Shown one piece after another: positions 35,550 to 50,263 of a stretch of 64,000 nucleotides of DNA (the first letter of the stretch is position 1; each line of letters starts with the position of its first letter). Location: NCBI RefSeq assembly GCF_964195595.1, contig NC_134312.1:201217140-201281139 (forward strand), written 5' to 3'. The position numbers and the translations under genes are program-made. Under the pieces are notes generated by a model. It was not told the DNA's origin, ran no database searches, and saw only the letters and a list, made by a program, of their open reading frames with translations. Source of the stretch: Calonectris borealis. Its lineage: Eukaryota.

Positions 35550-37925
35550 CTGAAATGAATATTTTTTGCATAACTGTAAAGTTAAAATGTGATTAAAACA
35601 TTTAAGTGTAACAGCATAACTGCTTTGCACCACAAAATGTCAATAGGCATGCCACAACTGGAACTTCTATTTATAGCTTAGAAATGAAGATACAACATTC
35701 ATCAGTGCTTGACAAACAGGTATCTCCAGAAACATGCAAGGAGCTATAGAACTTTTAATGTCGAAATCATTAATCAAATCTCTTCCAGAAGAAGAGTAAA
35801 CCATGACCTTCTAAAGGTTATCTGATATACTGGCAGAGCTGAAGCTATCAAGCTACTGCCTACAAAAGAAGTCACCACTGCAATATGTCTGTAATAGTTT
35901 CAAGCCAGTAAGGACTAAACAAGAAGGAAGAGTAAACCTCCACAAAAAACTGGTCTATTTGTACAATATACTAAAAGGGGTGTTTGGAAAAGCCTACATT
36001 ATTCTGTATGTATAGTATCCATCTTCTAATGACAGAATCTCTGTCTCTGAGGTGGCAGATTGCATCTGACTTTCTTCTCACATCTGCTCTTCTGTTTACT
36101 TCCCCTGTGTCATAACAAAACTCTAGCAATTCGTCATTCCCCTTTGCTGCCATTCTTATTGTCCCTTGCCATTTGATCATTTCTGGTTTATGCTCTGTAC
36201 TTCAGCCTTAGACTGTTTTCTGCTTTGATTGACTGGGTCATAGAACAGATGCCACTGGATGTAATTAATTCCATAGGAAATCAGACAAAAATCAAAACCA
36301 AACCAAACCAAAAAAACAAACAAAAAACCCCCCAACAATCACTCATGAGAAGAACACTTGTTCAAAGGAATCACACTGATCAGACAACAGTTGTGACTGT
36401 CAGAATAGTTTAAGCACAGACTCATTTGCAGACAATTCTTTCAAACCCTTTTCTCTCCTGTTTTCCCCTGCTTTCTTTTTTAAGGCTTTAGCAACAACAT
36501 GTAAAAAACATTATTTACTTTTATGAAGCTACTTTGGCATGGAACCCCCTGAATACAGATTCTTGTTGAAAGACACGCATGTGACAGAACTCAGTAAAGC
36601 CGCAGCTTTAGCATGATTGAGACTGCTTCAGGCAGGATGCAGTTGAAGGGGGAGGAGACTGTGGAATTATGCTCCAGGATTGGAAAAGACCTGTGACTTG
36701 ACAGAATGTGTTCTTAGAGCATATGTACTAAAAAACAAGGTGGGCCCTTATTTTAGCCTGCTTAGCTAGCTTTATTAGCTAATTTTCAGGTTAGAATAGC
36801 AAGTTCTTTTGCATTGATTGATATTTTACCTGTGACAGCTAATTTAGGTTGTCTAACCAAAGTCAAAACCAAAACACAAATATATTTCCATAAACCTTTA
36901 ATCATCCTAGGTATTTCTCACTGGTTTATAATTCAGCTGGCAAACAGATAGCCAAGAAGGTCTTTTAAAGGGAACAGAATGCGTACAGTACTGCAGAAAG
37001 TTTCTCTACAGTGGTGACTTGATTATGCATAGGCAGAAAACAGATTTAAAAATAAAGCCAAGCCTCTTACTGTCCAAAGAGCTTTTGACATTTGTTTGAC
37101 TACACATCTCTAAGAATAAAAACTGTTTCCACTCATTTCAGGACTTTCCTTCATTTAGAGATTTATTGCCTTTTTTTTTTTGCAATTAACAAAACACTAA
37201 ATAGCATTTTGACTAAAACACTATTTAACAAATGGATTAATTTTTCAGGGCTGAGTTATGGAAAAGGACAATAAATAGCATACTCTACCTGTGCTACAAA
37301 GTCTATTATCCTGGCCTTGATATAAACACCTTCCAGAGGGACAGGATTTCCCAATCTGTCCTGAAGACCAGTTTTTACAGGATTTGAAAGATTTGCATTT
37401 GGTAATGCATAGCCTAAACAAAGAGTTTAAGAAAGATTAAAAAGATATTTTTTGAAACATACATTCGGGAAAGATGATGGAAACTAATCCTATATCAATG
37501 GCCCGTGTTTATTTATGCAATTCACAACACAAAAGTAACACTCAGTTTCTGTTATGAATACTTGTGTTGTATTGCTGTCTGTCTAAGAGATCCTGAGTTC
37601 ATGATAGTTCTTTAAGGTTTTACAAGGTCTTTGTTCAGAACCTTGCATTTGAATGATTTATGCAAAAGTGCTTCCTGTGCTTCTCTTGAAACATACTGTG
37701 ATAGGTGGAGTTGCAACTGCTGTTGGTAATTATGCCTATAGGAAATCTGTTAAACAGATGCTACACAGATGCCACATGGTAATCGCTAACTTGGTAACAT
37801 CCACAAATAAACTACAAATTATTTTTTGTTATGTTATCTTCATACAAGTACTTTAAAAAGGGTTCTGATAAGTATTTAGGAAACTCTGGAACCAAGTAAA
37901 TATACAAAGAGAAAACATTTCTTAC

Positions 37926-38088
37926 TCTCACGCTGTAAATGACATTGCGACTCTGGCTCATTGTTATCTTGCTCCAGTTCCACCCAAATTCCATGCTGAA
38001 ATGGTTTTATTTGATCTTCAGCAAGGCAAAACTTAACAACATATCTAATTTTAACCTGACAGGTTTTATACACTACAAATTCGTCATC
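37926..38088 (-). CDS. PARP4: PARP4 exon (DDEFVVYKTCQVKIRYVVKFCLAEDQIKPFQHGIWVELEQDNNEPESQCHLQRE)
   Basis: Acceptor ctaccag|GAT, donor A|gtaaga. Matches human DDEFVVYKTNQVKMKYIIKFSMPGDQIKDF.. at the end of the PARP catalytic domain. It continues in phase 0 from the exon at 38810. Confidence 0.8.
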
Positions 38089-38809
38089 CTGGTAGAAACA
38101 AAGAAAAGTATTTTACAATAAAAACAAAGCTGTAGATAATATCTAAAACAATGCAAATTGATTAAGAGGTGAACCTAAATGACATATCATTTTTGAAAAA
38201 TAGTAAGAATCTGACAGCTTTTATTTTCACTCCCCTAATCTCTCTGTATCACTACCACTTGCATCTCTTATCTTCTTACTTTGTATTCTCCACACTCCTT
38301 TTATTTCCTCTTCTCGCACAATCATTCCTCAAAATAACTAAGAACAAAAAAAGTAAAAAACTGGTGGATATCTAGAGAGCAACTGTATCTGTTAGTGTGC
38401 CACTACAGCTATCATCCCTGCCTTAGAGTACCAACCTATAAGGACAGGGATATTTATCAGCTGGATTCATTTACAAAACAATGAACCTTCCATACTAGTG
38501 ATTTCTTATTCCATATAAAGTAGAATATCGCTTCCAAATGACAATTTAAACATCACAGACCAGATATTTATATGATGATTCAGTTATAATAAAACGTAAT
38601 ATTTACATCTTTCTTTTAAGTATTGTTGTCTTGCAAGAATTCTTTACAAATACAATTTAGTGGCTTAGAAGTTTTACATGCACTTTCCAGGCTGCAAGAC
38701 AGACAAAAGTGATTTTATGCATTATTGTCTAGCGATTTAGTATCTGCACTGAAATGCAGGTATAATAAATCCAAAATTCGGTGCCTTTTCAATACTGCAG
38801 GATCAGTAC

Positions 38810-38993
38810 CTCAAAGTCTGAAGAGATGTCTGCTGTTTTACGGACTCCATGCACACTGTCATAACCTGATGGTGCATTATTTAACGAATAATCTCGTTCG
38901 TACAAATCTAAGCAGGATCCAAGTGCCACGTCACAAACTACCAGAAGCCGGGTTCCATCCATTTCACTGGGTGAAGAGTACTTAATAGTGGCA
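38810..38993 (-). CDS. PARP4: PARP4 catalytic-domain exon (..ATIKYSSPSEMDGTRLLVVCDVALGSCLDLYERDYSLNNAPSGYDSVHGVRKTADISSDFE)
   Basis: Acceptor atatag|T, donor GAG|gtactg. Matches human STSIKYSHPGETDGTRLLLICDVALGKCMDLHEKDFSLTEAPPGYDSVHGVSQTASVTTDFE. Confidence 0.85.
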
Positions 38994-39208
38994 CTATATG
39001 TAAAGAAAGATCATACACATTTTATTAAAATTTATATTAACGTAAAATCATAGGAGTTTAAGGACACACAAGTACTTCTGAACAGATGGACAGGAATAAA
39101 CTTTATAATTAAATTACCTTAAAAGTATTAAGCATTGTATCTACTTAATTTGAAAAGTAAAAAGAATATACAAAGGATAAAGTAAAGAGATTATGTCGTT
39201 ATTCAGAC

Positions 39209-39307
39209 CTAACAGAATCACTGAAGTAAATGCCACTGCCCAGATTCCCAATGTCAGTTCTTTCCAGGCCATGATCTTCAACAACCACTTTTGGCATTAG
39301 GAGTCCT
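39209..39307 (-). CDS. PARP4: PARP4 catalytic-domain exon (RGLLMPKVVVEDHGLERTDIGNLGSGIYFSDSV)
   Basis: Acceptor ttctctag|A, donor AG|gtctga. Matches human RGLLLPKVVEDRGVQRTDVGNLGSGIYFSDSL. The split codon AG|T restores Ser so the junction matches ..YFSDS(L/V)S(T/A)(S/T)IKYS. Confidence 0.8.
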
Positions 39308-41684
39308 CTAGAGAAAAAGAAGGTCACACAATGAATGAAGTACAAAATACTTTTGTGTATAGCATGTGGGCTAATACACATTTTGCAATTATGAACCACA
39401 GAGGATTAAAACAAAATAGACTTTACAGAAACCATCTTTAGACACTCAAGCAAAATAGTCCTTTCATAAAAAAACAAAAATCCCAAAGTCATATTAATCA
39501 CCAAGACACTGATTACATAAGCAATAAAGACTGTTAGCTTTTCTTCATTTAGCAGAAAAACAAGGCATTTTCCAGATTTATTGCCAAACATTCAAAATAG
39601 TTTTTTGGTTATTAGATGAGTAGTTCTACATTTCTAGCAACTGTGCTGTATTCAATTTCAAAAAACTGTATGAAATTTTTGTATCTAAGAAAAAGAAAGT
39701 ATGAGTTTTAAAGGTAGAATGCCAGGGAACGGATACTTGGAAACTTTTCCAATGTTTGATTTGCAAACCTATTCAGTGTAGAGATACCATCCTTAGACTG
39801 TTTATGAGACATTTGATTTACTACCGATTGATGCCCACAGAAAACATTTATATATAAAGAATGTAAAAAGACACAGTATTTAAATAAGTTCAACAGTTTT
39901 GTAACTTACAATTAAAATCTGCAGTATGAGGAAAACAGAATACTAATATAACTTCTGAGGTATTTTAATTCTGATGGTGTTATGTATCAGATATGTTTTT
40001 TAAAATATCCTTAAATTTTCAGTGGCTAGTATTCACTGCATACATGCTACGATAAGGATTTAAATGTCAGGCTACTAGAGGTTATATTACTTCAGCATTA
40101 TTACCATGCCTGAGTGAATCCATGGTATTCAGTCACAGAACTAGATATTCTGTTATTCCAGGAAATTATGATAATCTAAAAATATGCCAAATAATGTAGT
40201 TGTGGGGAAATAATGTATAGGAGTGGAAGGAGGACATCCTCAATGCAATTCTTTCCTAAAACTGAATAAGATTTCCACGCAGCCACTACTCTCCTACTGT
40301 CTCCATTTTATCATCTTTCATCTGGATTTAAACCACACTCATCACTATCATATCCAAATAGCTGCATCTCAAGTCTAATCTACCTGGAGAGTAATTAAAT
40401 TTATCATTACAAAAGATTGATTTTCCTTCCAGAGATCTGTAGAAGCATATGGATGTTCATATAAATATTAACAGTAAAAATCAGGTTAAATATAATGCAA
40501 AAGAGCTTCATTAAAAAAAAAAAGTAAAAATGTATTTTAGTATATAATTAAGCCTGATTCAATGTCACAAAAAAGGGAATGTAAATTTTTACCTGGAAAG
40601 AATTCCCATGAAGTTGCGCACAGACGATGCATGGAATAAGGATCGAATGTTTCCAAGACTGCTCAGAAATTCTGCTGTTTCAGTTATTCTGCCAACCCTA
40701 TACACTTGTAAAATTTGCACTGGACAGTCACTGTAAGAAATTTGAAATGATCTTTGAGATCTCATGACTTAGAAAGTGCATTTAAGATCAACACACTGCT
40801 AAAAGATAGTGTCTTATTCTAAATCTCAAAGTAATGTTTGTTCCACTTTTTCTTTTTTTTTTGTTAGCAATTTGGGTGGCAATTATTAAAGAAGAAAACA
40901 GCATAAGAGAACAATCACCAGAGATATTAAAAACTTAATGACTAAGTTCAAGACCTATTTAGACTTTTAGGGAGAAATTGAAAATGTGTTTTCATGCTTA
41001 AAGTCATATGAAATTATCTTATTTGACATATTGGGATCTAAATTCAAAGATGTAACATACAAAACCCCATATAACTCTATGCAGCTCAGAGTCTGTAAGT
41101 ATATAAATTATTGCCAGCAAATGTATCTTGTACTAAAAATTCTTTTACTGAAAATACTCAGAGACCTCACTGTCTTGGCTGAACTAAAAATATCTTAGCA
41201 TTACAGTTCAGGCTTTCTGGGAGGTAGTAACTCCCAATTAAGAAAGACTTCCGAATTAAGAAATACACTTGAGAGGAGGAAAACTTGGGTTGCAATCCCA
41301 CCTCCAGCAAGATTTATGCATTTTACATGCAGTAGTTAGAGGACAGAGCTGTCACCAAGACTCTTGTCCTTCCCTTCTTGTGATTACACAAAACAAAAGA
41401 TTCAGATTCTCTCTTCACCTCTTCTTACCTTTATCCTTGCCAGCTGAATGCTCTACTTAGCTACTGTGTAAAGGTCTGCGTGGAGAATAGTGTGCCTACC
41501 ACCTTCCCTCTGCTTGAGCAGTCTGCTGTGTACACGTGCTCAGAATATACTTCCTCAGATGACAGACTCTGGACTAAGGACTGAGTTGCTTAAGTGTAAA
41601 GACAGTGATACCCTACGAAATACCCAGGAGATAATTTTAGAATTCTAGGATTCCTGTCAGACAGTGAGGAACTTCCGGATTTAC

Positions 41685-41732
41685 GAAGTAACTGAGAAGA
41701 GGACTTAAGGATCACAATTTTATATTTAGATA
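41685..41732 (-). CDS. PARP4: Possible small PARP4 exon (SKYKIVILKSSSQLL), tentative
   Basis: Acceptor ctactttcag|TA, donor C|gtaaat. Weakly similar to human ..SLAKYRALRCKIEHVEQ... It sits in the right position between catalytic-domain exons. Confidence 0.3.
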
Positions 41733-44700
41733 CTGAAAGTAGGTAGTACCTGGGAAGTAAAAGCATAAAGCCCCATTTACAAATCAAACATTTATGCTTT
41801 CAAGATTCAATGAGCTTCAGTCAAGTTTCAAGTTCCTAAATGCTAAAATAATATTGGTAAATAGGACCTAGTCTCTTTTGTAATTTTGAACATTTTACTC
41901 AAACTGTGTGGTTTCTTTTGTTGAGGATTAGAGATATATTATGTCCTAATTTATGAAGCTGCTATATGAACTTTTTTATATGAAGGTGATTTTTTTGTTT
42001 TGTTTTTTTTTTTTTTTAAAGAACCTTACTTGAACCCTGATCCTCTGCAGTTGACGTTTTTTTAAATTGTTTTTAGATTAAAAACTAAGATTGCAAACGC
42101 AAAGACTGAAAGGGAATAAATATGCTCCAATTCTTGCAATGTGATTATGCTTATCTATTGTATAAGAGTAGAGTCAAAGTTTTGCGGGAAAATCCTGTCC
42201 TTATAATTAGTTAGTTTATGAATTAGTATATAGGCGCTAACATAGATAACTGCTATCTACAAAGAGCAGTCCCATGGGTTCAGGTAACAGCAAATTCCCC
42301 CAAATTCCCCCTTTACTCAATTGTTTCTGTCACAAAGAACTATAAGGTAGAACTGAGTCACATAAAATATTGTTCTATTAATTTTAAATTACTTAAAAAT
42401 TTAGACACAATGTCAAGTGAAAGTCAACTACTGAACTTTGCTGAAGACAAACAGATGTTTGTGTATTCCAAGCTCCTTCCATACTTGAGCAATATATATT
42501 TGGGTATAACCACTTAGTAATCAGTAGTTGCTAGGTAGGTTTAGACCTTAGCTGCTTAACAGCATATTTACTCAGTAAAAACAAATTTGGAGTGACTATA
42601 TATGTATATGTATACATATATATGTGTAAATGAAGCCCACTTCATTCTTCCCTGTATTAATGATCTAACCATTGATTATTCCATTTCTAGAACCATCTTC
42701 TCTTTAATCTCTCCATATTTACCCATTTTCTAATTTTATTAATCAAAGAGAAAGGGTGCCCAGTTAGAAGCCAATATCAAGAACATTAAATAGAATGATA
42801 GGCAAATCTGCAGAATAACTTCCCAGAAATACGTCTTTTTCACACAATTGAAAGCTAACTAGAAAAGGATGGCAAGTTCTATACATAATCAAAAGGTGAC
42901 CAGGTATTCCCTCCCACACCCATGAAGTTTATTCACACACAAAAAAATTATTTGTTTTACTCAGCAGAACCCAAAATTTTACTTTTATGTTTACTTTCCA
43001 GTTATTTTATAAAATGTCTGGAAATAAATACTGAGAAGCAGAGTAAACAAGTCTAGACCCCATATATTTTATTTTAACAGCTCGTATAAATAGACAGCTC
43101 TTCACAATTAAAAAAAAAAAAGAAAAAACCCCACCAAAATTGACCTTTTTTTTTAATTTACCTCCATTTTGTTCCAGTGTAGGTTATGGTAAATATGCCA
43201 ACTCTGCAATCCCATTAACACAGTCAACACTGCACGGTAACGGAACCTGATAATTCAGTCCTCTTTAGAGGTATTTTGTGCACTATAGCTTGAATTTTAC
43301 TGGAATCATTGCATAAGAAACACTCACTTGTAATTGTTTTTTAACACTTGTTGTTCAATATTGAGAAATTCATAACTCGTTGAGTCAACAGCTTCTATCT
43401 TGCACCTCAGAGCCCAGTATTTGGCCAAAGATGATGGGTTTGGGCATGACATATTTGTTTCATGTATATTAAGCATGTCTCTGATTAGCTAGAAAATACA
43501 GACAGAAATTTATGAATACTTGTTACATTTTAATTAAGGAAACATGCAAACCAGACTGAATTATATAAAGTTAGAGCGTATTAACAATGAAATGGAATAC
43601 TCAAAAGAACATTTCCACTTGTTAGATACAATTTGGAACAAGAGCAAACAGCTCTAGAATCCCATGAAAACAAATCAGAAGAACAAGGTATATCAAAAAT
43701 AGTGTTAAACTGCTTCCGTACAACACCAAATCAAGCTTTGGGCGGGGCCTGCTCACAACAGCTCCACAAACCAGTATTTATGCTTGGTTACCATTTTGAT
43801 TTCGCTCATGAGGCAATTCTTACTTGTCCCTGAGGCCACCATCCAGCTAGGGCAGTAGCACGAAGTACCCATGTAATTTTCTCTGATCAGGAGAAAGAAG
43901 AACATCTAACTGTGAAACCATTGTAACACCACACTTCACTAAGCCATGGGAAAGCTTTATGAGACATAGTAACTTTTTGATATTAGAAATGTCAAAAGAT
44001 TTTAATTATCAAAAGACTTCCACGGTTAAAGGCACTATTAACATTTGTTCTTTTAGAACAGTAAGTAGCCTCCTTCCCTTTACCCCTTCCCCTTTATATT
44101 TTGTAACTTACAGAAGACTGACTTCTAGATATCCTTGGCCAAAAGAAAGAGGTATCTCTGGCAGAATCTATGAAATTTACATTATAATTGCAGTCCCAGG
44201 AGGAAATTTGAGTTTGCTCTATAGTTACAAGAGTGATGTAGCTGTCAGAGCTCTGCCTCTCGCGTCTCCAGAGGGCCTGGCTGCTTGGCCTCAGAGCCAG
44301 CTTTGACAGTGCAGCTGTGAAGCCTTGAAAGAGAGCTGTGAGAAGACTCAGCAGATTCCTGCCCCTCCTTTGCTCAAGAGATGCCTTTGAGCTTAGGTTC
44401 TTGCCCTTGGTCTCTCGCCCTGAGCTATGTTGCCAATACACCTGCATCCAGCCTCCCACCTCCCTGGTTCTGACCTAGATCCTGTGGACTTGAGTTCCTG
44501 GTTTGACCTTGGATCTGCCAGACAAGCCATAATGAGAAGGCAATCTGGACTGACCCTGGCTACTATCACCAGCAGTCACCTCTTCCTGTATGGGTACCAC
44601 GGGACTAGAGCCGCTGCCAGTGGTGTAACTGCCCTGGCCTTGCTCACTTTCACCCCCCAGCCCCGTCTGCCTGCTCTTACGGAGCAGCCAGCCCTTGCTG

Positions 44701-45505
44701 CTGGGCGCAAGGGCTGCACCTGTCCGCGCACTCAGCACACCTCGTCGGCAATCCCCCCGGCAGGCTGAGAATTTCCCAGCTAGTTTCTGCAAAGATGAGA
44801 CAATGGACTGACTTGCAGCAGAGTAATGGAACTCCCGATTGACCGAACTCCTAGCCAGCTTAAAAATGAAGGAACTGACTAAGTAACACAGAAGCTGACG
44901 GGGGAGCTATGGGGGAGATCCTCGTAGATTCCCCTAGGCAGGCCAGCTGTGCTTAGACCAACTGAAAGATGTTATCTGTTTAGATGTGCTGACTAACTTG
45001 CACTAACAATCCAGGCAGTCCAGGGAACTCCCCCAAGCAGTTTGTGCTGTAAAAGTAGGAACAGACCAAGCTGTACATAAATTGGTAATTTTAAATAGTC
45101 TCTAGAAACTGTTCCTGCATATGCAGGAAAGGAAAGGGTACACAGAACAGTCTTTGCATACAGTTAAAATAACTTAGATATATTTTGTATATAGTTTAAG
45201 ATAATCAATAGAAACTGATTATGTATATGCTGGAGATCTTATATGATCCAGCTGAAGATGCCATCACAACAATGATTGCAATGGAAACTCCTGTCACCAT
45301 CTGGACAGCAACTCGTCTTCCTGTTCAAAACACTGAATTCCCTCCATAAGCGTTACTCTATTTATAAGATTCAATAAATTATCATTTTAAGCTGACAGCC
45401 TGTGACTAGCTGTGCAAATTATCCTGTCAATTTATCTAGTGAGCATGTTCAAAACTGGTATAGCACAGTGCAGATCAGGGCTTACTAGCAATCTGGAAAA
45501 GTTAC

Positions 45506-45678
45506 CTGACACAGGTCCTGTTTTCTAGATAGCAGCTTTTTCGAAACTTTATAGTCTATTTCAGATTTGTGATGTATAACTTGATAGAATTCCATCATCA
45601 TCTCTTGTAGTGCCACCTCGCCAGCTCCCTCATCCAGTGCATTCTTTACTTGGAGTAAAATACCCTCCGCTTTGCTCA
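45506..45678 (-). CDS. PARP4: PARP4 exon (VSKAEGILLQVKNALDEGAGEVALQEMMMEFYQVIHHKSEIDYKVSKKLLSRKQDLCQ)
   Basis: Acceptor tcttttaaag|GTG, donor CAG|gtaac. Matches human VSKAEGILLLVKAALKNGETAEQLQKMMTEFYRLIPHKGTMPKEVNLGLLAKKADLCQ. Confidence 0.8.
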
Positions 45679-48600
45679 CCTTTAAAAGAAGAGATTATTA
45701 AACTGAAAGCTATTGCAAAACTGCAGAAAGAGCGCAAAGCAATAAATACTGAAAATAGATCATTTAATTCCACACTGAAATAAAACTTGAACTCGTGTTA
45801 GTGCAATATCCACAAAATATTTTCTTGCAGCTAGGATATAAAAACAGTATTTAAAAGTTGGATATTATTCTGCCGTTATACTGGGCTACTTGCAAAGTAG
45901 CTCAAGCAGAGCTAAGAGACAGTAAAATAACCTCCCTGAAATAAAATGGAATATGAATCAGATTGAAAGATAACATTCCTTAACATCTTGTTGATTCATA
46001 TTGTCAGCTTTAATGCATTGATGAAATAACAGAAAGTAAAGGATAATAAATTTCTTACTAAATGTCTAAGTGCACTAGTTCATCCTAAAATACATAAAGC
46101 AGAGTAGAAGTCCTACGTATAGAGTGCAACCTACAGATGAAATGAAAGTAATGATTAATTTTAGACAGTTTATCCAGACAGACAGGATATAGATTTGCTT
46201 GTATCTGTATATTCCTTCTCAACTGGAAATTTTTCAGAGAATACTCTATATTATTTTGTCTTCTTAAGGCAGGAGAAAAAAGACAAAATGCTTTTTAATT
46301 TACATGAACCACAGGCAACAGCTAGTAAAATGCTGACATTAGAGGCTGCATAGCAATGTTTTACTGCAGTTCGATATTGATTATTGATCCAAGACTGGTC
46401 CCTGTCTCACAAATGCCTTTGGGAAAAAAATGGAGAGTTAATCTAATTGAACAGCAATCCGCTTCTTAATTATTGTGTTTCAAAAATCCAGAGGTTTTTT
46501 TTTCTTTCAATACAAATGCTATTTCTCTTGCAAATTAATTATAAGTGCGAAGAGTTACTGAAAACAGTTTTATCATATTCTTACAGATCGATGCATTGAC
46601 ATACAGAATCTTTTAGGTCTATGGTTCAGCTCTTGCAAAAGGTACCAATGATTGAACGTTATTTATCAAATATTTATCAAATTTCACCTACCTGAAATAT
46701 GTTGGGAATCTTAATATCCAAACAATTGCACCTCATAAAAAGCATTTACCACAAACAGCATTTCCTTATGTCTTTGCTGATTTACGGAATGCACTCACTA
46801 CTGTCTCTGAGTACATGTATACAATATTACTAATGTACTACTTACTCACCAGAACCTACATAGATGTGTATTATTTCCACATCAAAAAGTGAAAGGAATA
46901 TTCTTCTACTACACATCAATTGAAGAGCATTAAAAGTGAGTTTCATGTAATAAGATTAGGGCAAAGTCATTCCAGAATTGAGGACCTTCTACTGGCAAAG
47001 GTCTTCCAATTTAAAACCAACGTAATCTTCAGGTAATTTTGCCTTCAGTGATAACAGAGATGAACAAAACTCTCATCTTAAACAGTCATTTTATTTGCTG
47101 TTTGTTAAGTTATATGAACTTAAATTACATGAATAAACGTTATCCTCTTAAATGTCTAGGGAGGAAAGCAAAAGAATTGAGGTATGTGAGAAAGTGGGAT
47201 TAAATGAGCCATAGGCTTAACAAAGGGGTGGATAGGCAGTTACTCTTAATAACAGCTGTAATATCCAAAGGCCTTCAAGAGTAGCTGTGTGTTAATTACA
47301 TGTGTCATCTGGTAATGCAGACAGGGACTATAATTAAAACTATTTTTCCATTACAAGAGAATGGCTGACTGAAGTATGGTTGAAACATACTGGCAGGAGA
47401 CAGTAACCTGCTATTATGCACTGCTTTCTATGACTATCTTCTTATGTGACTTATCTCATGGAAGGGATCCTCGCGTAAGAATTGTGTAAATTGCTGTAAA
47501 ATTGAAAAGATAGCCCTCTGCCCTAGGGAGTACAGCAAGTTTTTAGTGTCATGATTCTAAAGCAAAATTTGAGATAAAAATTTCTGAAGCATGGATTTGT
47601 TGAAGTGCAGGAATATCAAAAGTATAATTACCAATCCCAGTCTGAAACACAACATAGGTGTTTGCTGGGAAAAAATTACTTCTAACAGCACTTATGTATT
47701 CATCCTCACAGAGTAACAAGAATTAACTTACATCATTTAGACTTATGTTGTTTACTGATTCAAGGAGTAAACTATCCAGGTGGCCAATAGCTTCTGCCCA
47801 GATCAATTCCACAAAATCACTAACTTCCTGACATATGACACTTGAATGGATGGCTTCTTCTAGAAGTAACTGTAGTAAAATAAACACAATTCAGTGAAAA
47901 GACAAAGATGCAAGTCATGGCAGTGAAGTTCTTACACAGATAATTAAAGTTTCCTATTCCCATAAACAATACAGTGCGCAATGCTCATTCATGCTTAGTG
48001 TAATTTCTTCAGTCTCATCAAACTGAAGGGAAGGTTTGCTTTTATAAATTCTTTAAAGTGGAGAGCATGGCAGGCTGGATGGCCCTGACCTCTCTTGGAA
48101 ACTGAAATATGAAGTCTTGGAGAAGACAGAAGTTGATTTGCTTGATACCTTTATCAGTACACTGTACTATCAGGTACATGGACATAATAGTCTGCACATC
48201 CCAGCCATTTCCTTTTTTGCACAGCTAGTAGAAGAACAGACGGTTCAAAATAGCCAGTGTTTTATAACATCTCTAACAGATGACACTAGATCTCTAGTTC
48301 AGAAAGCTCTGGTGGAAGGACATCATTCCTGTGAAAATAAAAAATTGGAGCAGCAAAGCTACTGGAGAATAGAGAGGCCATGAAAATCAGTGGAATTCAT
48401 ACATCAAAAAGAGTTGTGAAAACAGATTTTCTCAGGTTCTTCTGAGGAATGTTGTTAAAGCATTTACTTGAGCTTTTTCCTCACTGTTCTACAACTTCAG
48501 AAGCTGCCATTAAACTTGATGCCATTAAACAATTCTCACGTAAGTTTGGACATTCTAAATGACTTGTTTATATGGCATCAACCACACAGCTTCTGAGATC

Positions 48601-49229
48601 ACTAGAGGACATATGTGGGCCCTTCAACATTGCTGGATATAATCCATGTGCCAGTTGAGCCCTACAATAGAAGCTAACCATGGTGGAACAGAGAAGTAGA
48701 TAAAGTACAGTGAAAACATAAATGGGAAAAAATTTCTGTCACACTACAACCATTTTAAATAGCAGTAAAACATTGTCTGAAGAGTACTTCAGGGAGCAGA
48801 ATCCAACTGCTATTGCCATTGGGGGCAGTTAATGTTACTGATTCCAATACGATCTACATCAAGCCTGTGACATCTGTATAGTGTGCAGAATAATTCAACA
48901 ATCAAAGTCATACATCACGCAACAATTCTGTTTGCTATATTAGCACTTCACTTTTTAGGTATCACATTAGTTGATAATGCATCTATTGAGAACAAAAAAA
49001 ACCCTGTAATGAATAGGACTACGTTTGCTTTTAATGTGTTCAAGTACTGGGAACATTCACTCAATATTCTGAAAAAAAAAAATTTCAAAACATTTACATA
49101 TAAACAGTTTCCCTTAACCTATGGCTGTATCACTGTAATCTAGACCTAGACAATGTTTACCACATTCGGAAAATTGGAAACTAAAACAAATCATTAAGGA
49201 TAGAAAAGTGTAAACAAGCAAGTTGTACA

Positions 49230-49379
49230 AGCCTTTTGCAGTTTTGTAGAAGCCAAAGATTCTGCTTCTGGTGGAAAAGTTTCTCTGAGCAGGAAATCCT
49301 GGCTCTTCAAGTCTGCAATAAAAGTCTCATACTTTTCTCTTATATCTTCAGCAGTATTAGTTACGAATTGTTTATTATT
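49230..49379 (-). CDS. PARP4: PARP4 exon (NNKQFVTNTAEDIREKYETFIADLKSQDFLLRETFPPEAESLASTKLQKA..)
   Basis: Acceptor aatttacag|AAT in phase 0, following the exon at 50159. Matches human FAIKKTSEDASEYFENYIEELKKQGFLLREHFTPEATQLASEQLQAL. The donor GCTT|gtacaa is a guess; the 3' boundary is uncertain. Confidence 0.55.
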
Positions 49380-50158
49380 CTGTAAATTGAAAGAGTAAAG
49401 TTAGTCAAAGAAACTATATAGAGACTTAAGGAATCAATTTTACCAGACACTGCTCTAACAGCTGACACTCCATGCTTAACTTCTACATTGTGATTTAACA
49501 GGCTTCCAGCAAGGCAGTGCTTTCATGAGGGTTCATGGGACACGAAGAACAAGCACAGGGCTCCATACACAAACCCCAGAGTGACAAGATAGGTTCATCT
49601 AAATGTGTGCTGGAATAACTTGTTCTATCAATTGAACTCTTCAAAATTCATCCCTGATACAGCTCCTTTGACTTGAATCTAATGTTATTACAATGACACA
49701 GACTGCAAGTGCTATACCAGAGTGCATACATATGTATGCACTACATGTGTATGCATTGTATGCTGAGAAATACATTTAGGCTGCCCTCAAGACATGCTTT
49801 TCTGTCTCACAATAATATGTCCAGAATATCACTCGCTATAGCATTTCAGCCTGTAAACATGTCATTATACAGTTTACATGCCAGGAAAATATACGTGAGT
49901 ATGAGGCAGGGGCATCCAGGACCATGCTGTGTTGCTGCCAAGTCCCAACTTTTGAGCAAGTTGTAAGCAAACACACAGAGTAGAGGAGCCAACTATAAAT
50001 CAAATTTTTTATGATAAGGCTTAACAGAATGACCTCCTATTATCTATATCTAAGGATTAGCCTGCAAATAAGAATGAAAAGCATCTGAAGCTCTCTGGAA
50101 CAGATATGTTCAATGTGCATAAAGAAACAAACAGGTAATATCAATGAGTGGTTCATAC

Positions 50159-50263
50159 CTTGTTCATACCATTTGATGCACTGAAGTGTGCATATAGTCG
50201 AAACGGAAACTCGTAATGCTTTTGGGAACACTGTAATTCAATAACTACCAAATCTTTGCTTTC
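50159..50263 (-). CDS. PARP4: PARP4 exon (ESKDLVVIELQCSQKHYEFPFRLYAHFSASNGMNK)
   Basis: Acceptor ctccaag|GAA, donor AAG|gtatga. Matches human GGQEAVVVELQCSRDSRDCPFLISSHFLLDDGMETRRQ. Confidence 0.7.
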